Source of the DNA: Eubacteriales bacterium
GTDB lineage: Bacteria; Bacillota; Clostridia; Lachnospirales; JAKSVV01
Length of the DNA stretch: 64,000 nt
Direction of reading: 5' to 3'
Assembly: GCA_031549455.1 (NCBI GenBank)
Contig: JAVBPT010000003.1
Coordinates: forward strand, 8,912 to 72,911
The notes under the pieces were generated by a model, which was given only the letters and a program-made list of their open reading frames with translations, searched no databases and had not been told where the DNA came from. The stretch's first letter is position 1. Every line of letters begins with the position of its first letter. Positions 44,416-52,297 of this stretch are shown piece after piece. A program made the position numbers and the translations under genes.

Positions 44416-46464
44416 ATGAAGTTTAGCGATGATGTTAGAAAATTGCCAAGAATAGGCGATGCAATGTATGAACGGTTAGATGTCCTTGGTATTAATACGA
44501 TAGGAGACCTCCTGACGTATTTTCCGCGCGAGATTGAAGATCGGAGAGAGGGTAAAAGCATTGCTGATCTTAGCGCAGATGAGGTGAACACACTAAAAGC
44601 CAGAATTTTATCCAAACCAGTCAACCTACGTTTTAATGGAAAAGTTTTGACGAAGGTAGGCGTTTATGATGATACCGGTAAAATGGACATGGTTTGGTAT
44701 AATCAACCTTATTTAAAAGAGAGCTTTCATGTTGGGGACGAATATATTTTCGTTGGAAAAGTGAAGGAAAAATACAATAAAAAACAAATGGATTCGCCCA
44801 TATATGAAAAAGTAACCGATGACGGCATGATTGTAACAGGAGCAATTGTTCCAAAGTATCCACTCACCTATAAGATATCTCAAAAAATTCTGAGAAGACT
44901 TATGAAAATAGCATTTGACCACATATCACCCGATCTAATTATAGACCGAATTCCGAATGCGATTCGTGTTCAATATAACCTATCAGAATACAACTTCGCT
45001 CTCCACAATATTCATTTCCCAAAAGATGAGGAGAGTTATTACCTTTCTAAAGACAGGTTGGTTTTTGAGGAGTTTTTTATTACTCAACTTGCGCTTACTT
45101 TTATAAAACATAAGGTAAAAGCTGCAGAAGAGGGGATCCATTTTAAAAAGGTGTCAATGGACGCGCTACTCAAGCAACTGCCTTTTAAACTTACAGGCGC
45201 ACAAACCAGAGTGGTTAATGAAATAGAAAAGGATATGATGAGTAGCCACATCATGAACCGTCTGGTACAAGGGGATGTGGGTTCCGGGAAAACGGTTGTG
45301 GCCCTTAGTTCAATGTATATTGCGATTAAAAATGGTTATCAAGCGGCATTGATGGCACCCACAGAAATTCTGGCTGCTCAACATTTTGACTTTGTCAAAC
45401 CATACTTTGAAAAGCTGGACATGAAAGTAGCCCTACTCGTTGGGAGCACAACGGCCAAAAATAAGAAACAGATTTATGACGAGTTAAAGAGCGGGGAATT
45501 GAATGCGGTAGTTGGCACGCACGCCATTCTGCAAGAGCAGGTAGCGTTTTCAAGACTAGGCATTGCAATCACAGATGAGCAGCATCGATTTGGCGTGGAG
45601 CAACGGCTTAACTTTTCACAAAAAGGGCTGCTACCAGACATCTTAGTCATGACAGCAACCCCTATTCCAAGAACGCTGGGGCTCATTCTATATGGGGACT
45701 TAGATATTTCTATTATTGATGAATTGCCAAGGGGAAGACAAAAGATAGATACGCACATCGTGGATTCAAGCTATTACGAGAGAATGTATGGTTTTGTGAG
45801 AGAAGAGGTTAAAAAGGGAAGACAGGCCTATGTAATCTGTCCAATGGTAGAAGAAAGCGAAAAAATGTCAGAGCTAAAGGCGGTGACGGAGTATACCCAA
45901 ATGATTCGAGAAAATTACTTAAATGGCGTGACAGTAGAATTTATCCATGGTAAACTAAAACCAAAGGAAAAAAGTGAGATCATGGAGCGATTTAAAGAAA
46001 ATCACATTCAGGTTCTCGTATCTACAACTGTGATTGAAGTAGGAGTAGACAATAAAAATGCCACGATTATGTTGATTGAAAATGCGGAGCGCTTTGGACT
46101 GGCACAGCTGCATCAGCTGAGGGGAAGGGTCGGAAGAGGTGAGCATAAATCCTATTGTATCCTTATCAGTGATTCTAAAAGCACAGTGGCTAGGGAGAGA
46201 CTGAAGACTTTAAAAGATACAAACGATGGCTTTATTATTGCTGAAAAAGATTTGGAGCTGCGGGGCGTGGGTGATTTCTTCGGAACCAAACAGCATGGGA
46301 TACCGGAGTTTAAAATAGCCAACCTGTATGAGGACATCAAAATATTAAAACAGGCCCAGATGGCAGCGGCGGATCTGTTAGCAGAGGACCCGTCACTTGA
46401 TCGAGAAGAGCATAAGGCTTTACGGAGTGAGATTGAAAAAATATTCGAATATCGTGTTTTATAA
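44416..46464 (+). CDS. recG: ATP-dependent DNA helicase RecG
   Basis: 682 aa with a wedge/OB domain and helicase motifs GDVGSGKT, DEQHRFG and QLRGRVGRG. Confidence 0.95.
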   Translation: MKFSDDVRKLPRIGDAMYERLDVLGINTIGDLLTYFPREIEDRREGKSIADLSADEVNTLKARILSKPVNLRFNGKVLTKVGVYDDTGKMDMVWYNQPYLKESFHVGDEYIFVGKVKEKYNKKQMDSPIYEKVTDDGMIVTGAIVPKYPLTYKISQKILRRLMKIAFDHISPDLIIDRIPNAIRVQYNLSEYNFALHNIHFPKDEESYYLSKDRLVFEEFFITQLALTFIKHKVKAAEEGIHFKKVSMDALLKQLPFKLTGAQTRVVNEIEKDMMSSHIMNRLVQGDVGSGKTVVALSSMYIAIKNGYQAALMAPTEILAAQHFDFVKPYFEKLDMKVALLVGSTTAKNKKQIYDELKSGELNAVVGTHAILQEQVAFSRLGIAITDEQHRFGVEQRLNFSQKGLLPDILVMTATPIPRTLGLILYGDLDISIIDELPRGRQKIDTHIVDSSYYERMYGFVREEVKKGRQAYVICPMVEESEKMSELKAVTEYTQMIRENYLNGVTVEFIHGKLKPKEKSEIMERFKENHIQVLVSTTVIEVGVDNKNATIMLIENAERFGLAQLHQLRGRVGRGEHKSYCILISDSKSTVARERLKTLKDTNDGFIIAEKDLELRGVGDFFGTKQHGIPEFKIANLYEDIKILKQAQMAAADLLAEDPSLDREEHKALRSEIEKIFEYRVL

Positions 46465-46477
46465 AGATGAGAGGTGT

Positions 46478-46987
46478 ATGATGGAAGTAAAGGGAACCTT
46501 TAAAATGGAGTTTAGTGATTACAAAGCATTCTGTAAGTTTCATAGAAGAAAAGTGACGCAAATATCGTATGTTTTTATGTTGGTGTTGACCCTTACCTGG
46601 TTACAACCCAAAACAGGAGATCAGTTTGTGATCGGCATTTTGGGCATTTTGATTGCTTTTGCGTTTATATTTGTGGTGGATATGATTGCTCTGCATCAGA
46701 GCTGCAAGAGAATGTTTAACAGTGCTCCGCTTTCCAAGCTGGAGGTTGAAAATGTCATCAATGAGGGAGGATTTCATCAAACCTCTTCGGTTGGAAATAC
46801 CGATCTAACCTTTGAGCAGTTTTTTAAGATCTGCGAGACGAAAGATGCTTTTTACCTATATATTTCAAAAATCCAAGCTTTTATCATGCCTAAGCAGGAT
46901 TTTGCCTCGGAGGAAGAGATAGAGAATTTAAAAAAGATACTCAGAGACAAGGTAGAGAAGAAGAAGCTAAAATTGCAAAAGGGATAA
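46478..46987 (+). CDS. YcxB-like membrane protein
   Basis: ORF 46397..46987. The ATG pair at 46478/46481 follows GAGAGGTG. It has two TM helices and a C-terminal ...TKDAFYLYISKIQAFIMPKQDF typical of the YcxB family. Confidence 0.6.
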   Translation: MMEVKGTFKMEFSDYKAFCKFHRRKVTQISYVFMLVLTLTWLQPKTGDQFVIGILGILIAFAFIFVVDMIALHQSCKRMFNSAPLSKLEVENVINEGGFHQTSSVGNTDLTFEQFFKICETKDAFYLYISKIQAFIMPKQDFASEEEIENLKKILRDKVEKKKLKLQKG

Positions 46988-47014
46988 AAAGTTGAAAATA
47001 ATGCAACAAAACCC

Positions 47015-47043
47015 TTGACAATTGACACTGTTTTTGGTAAAAT
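47015..47043 (+). promoter_or_regulatory. Sigma-A promoter of infC-rpmI-rplT
   Basis: TTGACA, a 17-nt spacer, then TGgTAAAAT (extended -10). A second overlapping TTGACA lies at 47022-47027. Confidence 0.7.
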
Positions 47044-47049
47044 ACCAGA

Positions 47050-47180
47050 AGATATGCGAAGTAGAGCAACGCTCTCACCTTGAGGCTTCAATGTGCTATC
47101 AGGGTATAGAATTTTTCTATTAGGTAGTTTTAAAATTACTTAGAGTGTGAGCTTTTCTGGCTCATTTTTTATTACATTTT
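47050..47180 (+). promoter_or_regulatory. L20 ribosomal-protein leader (transcription attenuator) upstream of infC
   Basis: A 5' UTR of about 130 nt in the position of the Firmicute L20 leader. It ends in a terminator hairpin TGAGCT-5 nt-GGCTCA plus T6 (47148-47170) just before the infC RBS. I have not checked a covariance model. Confidence 0.6.
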
Positions 47181-47192
47181 GGAGGTGTTTGT

Positions 47193-47702
47193 ATAAAAGA
47201 TTTAAAGATTAATCGTCAGATTAAAGCTACAGAAGTAAGAGTTGTAGATACTGATGGTGCTCAGATGGGCGTTATGACGTTAAAAGACGCGATTGCACTT
47301 GCTGAGGAAAGAGAAGAGGATTTAATAGAAATATCACCTACCGCCAATCCACCGGTTTGCAAGATCATGAACTATGGAAAGTACAAGTTTGAAGTGATTA
47401 AACGGGATAAAGAAGCAAAGAAAAAGCAAAAAATTGTAGTAACCAAGGAAATCAGAATGTCTGTAAATATTGATACAAATGACATTCGGATCAAGGCAAA
47501 CAAAGCGAAGGAAATCCTGCAAGAAGGAGATAAGCTCAAGGTGGCTGTTGTATTTTCGGGTAGGGAGATGGCTCATATGGATTTGGGACATAAAGTCCTG
47601 GAAGTATTTATGGAACTATTGGATTATGAAGGATACGTTACAGAAAAATCAGCTATGGTTGAAGGTAGAAGTATTATGACCATTATATCACCTAAGAAAT
47701 AG
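47193..47702 (+). CDS. infC: Translation initiation factor IF-3 with a non-canonical ATA start
   Basis: The track ORF starts at ATG 47265, but the frame is open upstream and encodes conserved IF-3 N-terminal sequence (IKDLKINRQIKATEVRVVDTDGAQMGV). GGAGG at 47181-47185 is 7 nt before ATA 47193. Atypical infC start codons are well known. Confidence 0.85.
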   Translation: MKDLKINRQIKATEVRVVDTDGAQMGVMTLKDAIALAEEREEDLIEISPTANPPVCKIMNYGKYKFEVIKRDKEAKKKQKIVVTKEIRMSVNIDTNDIRIKANKAKEILQEGDKLKVAVVFSGREMAHMDLGHKVLEVFMELLDYEGYVTEKSAMVEGRSIMTIISPKK

Positions 47703-47715
47703 GAAGGAGATTATT

Positions 47716-47913
47716 ATGCCAAAAATTAAAACAAACAGAAGCGCCGCGAAGAGATTTACAATTCTTTCGAGCGGTACTGTAAAAAGGAATAAAGCGAACA
47801 AAAGACATTTATTAAATGGAAAATCACCAAAGAGAAAAATGAATCTTACACACACAGCGTATGTGCATGAAACAAATTTAGATGCTGTTAAAAAAATGTT
47901 ACCATATGGTTAA
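47716..47913 (+). CDS. rpmI: 50S ribosomal protein L35
   Basis: 65 aa, MPKIKTNRSAAKRF.... Confidence 0.95.
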   Translation: MPKIKTNRSAAKRFTILSSGTVKRNKANKRHLLNGKSPKRKMNLTHTAYVHETNLDAVKKMLPYG

Positions 47914-47933
47914 GATAAAGGGGGAAAACAAAC

Positions 47934-48296
47934 ATGGCAAGAGTTAAAGGTGGAATGAATAAACATAAAAAACATAAAAAGATATTAGGACTTGCAAAAG
48001 GATATTGGGGTGCAAAATCGAAGCTTTTCAGAACGGCCAAACAAGCGGTTGCAAGATCTATGTCTTATGCCTTTGTTGGAAGAAAACAAAAGAAGAGAGA
48101 CTACAGAAATTTGTGGATTGCTAGAATTAATGCTGCGGTAAGAGCAGAAGGAATTTCATATAGTAGATTTATGAACGGACTCAAAATATCCAATATTGAT
48201 ATCAACAGAAAAATGTTGGCAGATATGGCGGTAAATGATCCTGACGCACTAAAGGAATTAGTGGCTACTGCAAAAACTTCTCTAGGCATGAAATAA
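47934..48296 (+). CDS. rplT: 50S ribosomal protein L20
   Basis: 120 aa, [18 protein letters not shown].... Confidence 0.95.
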   Translation: MARVKGGMNKHKKHKKILGLAKGYWGAKSKLFRTAKQAVARSMSYAFVGRKQKKRDYRNLWIARINAAVRAEGISYSRFMNGLKISNIDINRKMLADMAVNDPDALKELVATAKTSLGMK

Positions 48297-48303
48297 GAAG
48301 AAT

Positions 48304-48333
48304 AAAATCACTTTATATTGAAGTGATTTTTTT
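48304..48333 (+). terminator. Intrinsic terminator after rplT
   Basis: AAAATCACTT-7 nt-AAGTGATTTT extending into a T-run. Confidence 0.8.
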
Positions 48334-48392
48334 GTATTTTTCTTTACTTTTTTTAAAAAAATGATATGATAACCTTAAATATGTGAGGTTTT

Positions 48393-49664
48393 ATGAAAAG
48401 AGAAAATGCCATTAACACAGAAGAGTTAATTGCTGACGGGATCATCGATTTAGAGACGGCGGGGAAAATTAATAATTACTATAAAAATAAAAAAGCAGAC
48501 AAGCAAAGCAAAGGAATGGTACTAAACATTATTGCGGGCATATTGATTGCATTGGGTGTAATCTGGATTATTGCAGCAAACTGGGAGTATATGACCAAAG
48601 AGATTAAAATAGCCGGATGCATTGGAACCCTCCTCATCCTGGCTGTGTTAATGATGAATGCGAAGAGAAAACAACGAAATTTAGAAGCCTATTCGATTGT
48701 CTATTCGGGCGTTTCACTTGCTAGTGTTGCAATCATTGGACAGATTTATAACGTCATGCCGGACATGGAAAGTTTTCTGCTTATTGCCACAATTATTCTT
48801 GCGTGCTTAAGTTTTTATACCCTTTCCTATATTACTGAAATAATGTTCATCTTATCCGCAATTGTGTTTGCGATGTTAAAAACGGATGGGGTCATAGGGT
48901 TAACGTTGTTGATCTATGGTTTTATTGTCCCGGTTGTGGCGCTTTCTAAATCGGTTTTATTTTTGTACTTAACCAGGGAAAACAAAAATAGAGTCGAAAC
49001 GGTTTTAAGAAATACGGTTTTAAACGTGCTTGTTTTCGCGGCTATTGTATATGACATTTATCTATCCATTCGAATCTTTAATAGCGCCATCATGTTAATG
49101 CCGGTTCTGTTTGTTGGATACTACTTATGTTGTTTATTAAAGCTAACTGCTCAGAAAAATCTGATTGTTGTGATATCTTTTATAAATTGGTTACTTCTAA
49201 CGGCTTCTTTTTATAGGGGCAGTGTTCTAAATTTTGATTTTGGGGGTTCGGCTAGCCTCATCATCTTATTTATTATTTATTTAGCCTTATTACTTGCCGT
49301 GATGGTCTATTACTTTGCAAAAGAATTTATGGCCGACTTTGATAAGATTAACACTTTCATGATTTTTTCTGTATTCTTATATTTTGTCAATGGGTTTATA
49401 GATTGGGGTTATTTTAACTATATCTGGGGACTCTTTCTATTGGCTTTTGCGGTCTACAACATCTACTTCGGTGTGAGCAACATGGAAAAATCGAATATTG
49501 TTCTCGGAGAAGTTGGACTAGTGGTGCTTATCATACGATACCTTTTTGAAATAGGAGATAGCATTATGCTTCGGGGAATTACTTGTATCGTAGTTGCGAT
49601 TGGAATTTTGCTCTTTAATAAGGCTATCTTTAAGAAAGGAGATAGAAAAAATGAAGAAGTTTGA
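48393..49664 (+). CDS. Polytopic membrane protein, DUF2157-type N-terminus
   Basis: 423 aa with a soluble N-terminal segment (EELIADGIIDLETAGKINNYYKNKK) and at least 10 hydrophobic helices. It is followed by, and overlaps, a GDYXXLXY-family gene, the usual partner of this family. Confidence 0.6.
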   Translation: MKRENAINTEELIADGIIDLETAGKINNYYKNKKADKQSKGMVLNIIAGILIALGVIWIIAANWEYMTKEIKIAGCIGTLLILAVLMMNAKRKQRNLEAYSIVYSGVSLASVAIIGQIYNVMPDMESFLLIATIILACLSFYTLSYITEIMFILSAIVFAMLKTDGVIGLTLLIYGFIVPVVALSKSVLFLYLTRENKNRVETVLRNTVLNVLVFAAIVYDIYLSIRIFNSAIMLMPVLFVGYYLCCLLKLTAQKNLIVVISFINWLLLTASFYRGSVLNFDFGGSASLIILFIIYLALLLAVMVYYFAKEFMADFDKINTFMIFSVFLYFVNGFIDWGYFNYIWGLFLLAFAVYNIYFGVSNMEKSNIVLGEVGLVVLIIRYLFEIGDSIMLRGITCIVVAIGILLFNKAIFKKGDRKNEEV

Positions 49665-50580
49665 GTTTGTATTTCTGCTGATTCCGATTTTTATTTTAGC
49701 ATATTTTATCTACACTAATGAGATGGTGAATCGAATCGGTGAGGAATACCGATTTAAAATACAACAATACGATCCCCTTGATATTTTTAGAGGGAAATAT
49801 TTGAATTTAACCATTGAGCGAGATACAATTGTTATACCGGAATTACAAAGAGCCTATTTATCTTATCAAAACCATCTGGAAAGCTATATAAATGGAACTA
49901 TCATGGGATTTATTAATGGAGATGGGACTCTCGCGGAAGCAGAAAGGGAAAACCGTATTAAATTGGTGGAGGAGATTATAGAGAGTGCACTAGAAAGAAT
50001 GACGACGGATGAAAGAAAGGATGATGATTATATTCAAAAACTAGGGGAATATATGCCGGAAAACGCAGCAGAAACCTTATTTTACGAAATAATCCGATCG
50101 GACTTAGTCGTTGTTTATAGAAATGGTTACACCTTATCTGAGCTATTAAAGATGAGACAAGAGAATGAGGCGAGGGAGGAAGCAATTGAAAAGAGAATTG
50201 CCTATTATAATGGTGAATTCTACGTTTATCTGGATAAGGATGACGAGGGATATGCCAAAGTGGAAAAAGTAAGCAAGACGAAAGAAGCTGGCAGCCAGAA
50301 TTATATTAAGGCGAATATTTCAACATATGGTTACTCTAGAAATGATGTGGTTTTGACCACGATTCACTTTCCATCCTCAAAACTTTTTGTTGATGAGCGT
50401 TATGCCTATCAGTATGAAACGATTGTGAGAGATGCTGTGAGGGGTGGGTTGGATGTGTATATCCTAACCAAAATCAGGAACGGGAAGATGGTAATTGAGG
50501 ATTTATATGTCGATGGATTAAGACTTCGAGACTACTTTAAAACAGTAAACGATAACCGTACTATTGTGCCTGAACAATAA
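49651..50580 (+). CDS. GDYXXLXY-family protein, atypical (degenerate motif, acidic insertion of about 130 aa)
   Basis: ATG 49651 follows AAGGAG and overlaps the upstream gene by 14 nt. It has an N-terminal TM anchor. DPLDIFRGKYLNLTI corresponds to the family motif DPxDxxRGDYxxLxY. Confidence 0.6.
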   Translation: MKKFEFVFLLIPIFILAYFIYTNEMVNRIGEEYRFKIQQYDPLDIFRGKYLNLTIERDTIVIPELQRAYLSYQNHLESYINGTIMGFINGDGTLAEAERENRIKLVEEIIESALERMTTDERKDDDYIQKLGEYMPENAAETLFYEIIRSDLVVVYRNGYTLSELLKMRQENEAREEAIEKRIAYYNGEFYVYLDKDDEGYAKVEKVSKTKEAGSQNYIKANISTYGYSRNDVVLTTIHFPSSKLFVDERYAYQYETIVRDAVRGGLDVYILTKIRNGKMVIEDLYVDGLRLRDYFKTVNDNRTIVPEQ

Positions 50581-50604
50581 GAAATAAAGCAATTTGAGGT
50601 AAAA

Positions 50605-51720
50605 ATGAAAGCAATCTATGCATTTTCCGGGGATCCCATTACTTATGGACATATTGACATTATAGAGAGGGCATCGAAGATATTCGATGAGCTTATTGTG
50701 GCGATTGGAGTGAATCCGGATAAAAAATATACATTTAGTCTAGAGGACAGACTGGACATGGCAAAAGAGAGTTTATTCAAGCTGGTGAATGTGAAAGTGA
50801 TTTCTTTTACAGGTCTATTGGTGGATTTTGCATATGAGAACAATATCAGCATTATCATTAGAGGAATTCGAAACAGTACAGATCTGGATTATGAGTATCA
50901 AATGCATACGGCCAACATGACTCAAAGGGACATTGAGACCATACCTATTTTTGCAAGACCGGAGTTGTCTCATATCAGCTCAAGCATTGTAAAATCGATT
51001 GTGAAGGAGCAGGGACGAGTAGAAGCATACGTTCCGCTATATGTAAAGGAAAGATTGGAAAAAACACTCCTTGATCAAAAGATTCTGTGTGTGACAGGAG
51101 CCCCCGCTACCGGAAAATCCTTTTTATGCAATCGGCTAGTTGAGATTGGGAGAAAAAATGGGGAAGAGGTGCACAACATTGATCTAGACACCATTGCACA
51201 TGATATTTTAGAGGTTTTAAAAGAAGAAGCTTACATTATGATTCGAAACAATCTGGCGAATCATTTCGGAGAAGATATATTAGACGAAAATGGGATGGTT
51301 AAGCGAAAGGTGCTAGGTGAGAAAGTATTCGGCGAAGAGGAGGAGCTTTCCTACTTAAATACGGTTATGCACCCAGCAATCTATGAGCGTATGCGGAAGG
51401 TAATGTATGGATTAAAAGGGTTGATTTTAATCAATGCCGCACTTCTTGCGGAGAGTGATTTTCTAACGATTAGTAACAATCATGTTGTTTTGGTGACAGC
51501 GAGTCTAGAGAAACAACGAAAACGAATGCAACAGAGAGGACTTACGGATAAGCAAGTGGAAAATCGTATAAAAAGTCAATATGATTTCTCACGTAAAAAA
51601 GAATTGATAGAGACGGCGATAGAAGATAAGCAATATGGACGATTGTGGGTTTTGGATACAACGGACGAGGATCCGCTTCAGATAGAACAGCTATTTAATG
51701 AAATAAATATAAATTTGTGA
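50605..51720 (+). CDS. Fusion protein: phosphopantetheine adenylyltransferase (CoaD) plus dephospho-CoA kinase (CoaE)
   Basis: A single 371-aa ORF. The N-terminal half (AFSGDPITYGHIDIIERA...ISSSIVK) is CoaD-like. The C-terminal half (ILCVTGAPATGKSF...IDLDTIAHDIL...MHPAIYERM...) follows the CoaE pattern, including the P-loop. Confidence 0.8.
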   Translation: MKAIYAFSGDPITYGHIDIIERASKIFDELIVAIGVNPDKKYTFSLEDRLDMAKESLFKLVNVKVISFTGLLVDFAYENNISIIIRGIRNSTDLDYEYQMHTANMTQRDIETIPIFARPELSHISSSIVKSIVKEQGRVEAYVPLYVKERLEKTLLDQKILCVTGAPATGKSFLCNRLVEIGRKNGEEVHNIDLDTIAHDILEVLKEEAYIMIRNNLANHFGEDILDENGMVKRKVLGEKVFGEEEELSYLNTVMHPAIYERMRKVMYGLKGLILINAALLAESDFLTISNNHVVLVTASLEKQRKRMQQRGLTDKQVENRIKSQYDFSRKKELIETAIEDKQYGRLWVLDTTDEDPLQIEQLFNEININL

Positions 51721-51728
51721 GGTAGAAC

Positions 51729-52022
51729 ATGGACGAAATTATTGAAAAGATCACAGAAGTTGCTTCTAAGTATGATGATATAGAAGTAATTAAACTATTC
51801 GGTTCCTATGCAAGGGGAGATAGCGATGAAAAAAGTGATGTTGATTTGGCGGTATTTTCAAACAAAGAGGTCTTCGATAGGGGAATTGACTTCGTGTTTG
51901 ACATAGAAAGTCATGCGAATAATCTAAAAAAATATGACATCATCTTCGTTGATAAGAGCATTGATGATGAGATGAGGCAAGACATTGAAAAAGAGGGAAT
52001 CATCATCTACAAAAAGTTTTAA
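51729..52022 (+). CDS. Minimal nucleotidyltransferase (MNT / Pol-beta superfamily)
   Basis: 97 aa with the signature GSYARGDSDEKSDVDLAV (GSx10-12DxD). Confidence 0.8.
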   Translation: MDEIIEKITEVASKYDDIEVIKLFGSYARGDSDEKSDVDLAVFSNKEVFDRGIDFVFDIESHANNLKKYDIIFVDKSIDDEMRQDIEKEGIIIYKKF

Positions 52023-52037
52023 AGTTTGGAGGAATCA

Positions 52038-52286
52038 ATGAAAAAAGAAGATAAAATTGAGCTTTCAAAAGAGGATAAGACAAAGGCCTCGGAATGGTTA
52101 AGAAAGTATATGCATGAAAACTTTGATATAGAGATGGGGGACTTGCAATCCGGGCTTTTTGTTGACTATCTATCGGAGAATGTGGCAAAATATTATTATA
52201 ATAAAGGCGTGACGGATGGGATAGCCTTTTTGTCAGAAAAGGTGGAAGATATGTATGCCCTGATGAAAGAAGAGTCCGGTAGATAA
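52038..52286 (+). CDS. DUF2164-like small protein
   Basis: ATG 52038 follows GGAGGA, 15 nt after the MNT stop. IELSKEDKTKASEWLRKYMHENFDIEMGDLQSGLFVDYLSENVAKYYYNKGVTDG resembles my recollection of the DUF2164 family. Confidence 0.55.
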   Translation: MKKEDKIELSKEDKTKASEWLRKYMHENFDIEMGDLQSGLFVDYLSENVAKYYYNKGVTDGIAFLSEKVEDMYALMKEESGR

Positions 52287-52297
52287 AGGGATGTTTT

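Noticed and set aside
44271-44624. 118-codon N-terminal extension of the LysM ORF (listed as 43293..44624), which overlaps the recG start
   Set aside because: The extension is low-complexity, overlaps recG and its upstream region on the opposite strand, and has no RBS. A GAGGAG RBS plus the ATG at 44270 gives a protein that begins directly with the LysM domain.
49594-49650. The 19-codon upstream extension of the GDYXXLXY ORF (start listed at 49594)
   Set aside because: It lies entirely inside the preceding gene. ATG 49651 has a proper AAGGAG RBS and yields a protein starting with a typical MKKF... membrane anchor.
52038-52286. DUF2164-like protein as a cryptic HEPN toxin partner of the MNT
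   Set aside because: There is no Rx4-6H motif; the closest is RKYMH with 3-residue spacing. The sequence pattern matches my recollection of DUF2164 instead. I kept it as a finding because the pairing itself is unusual.
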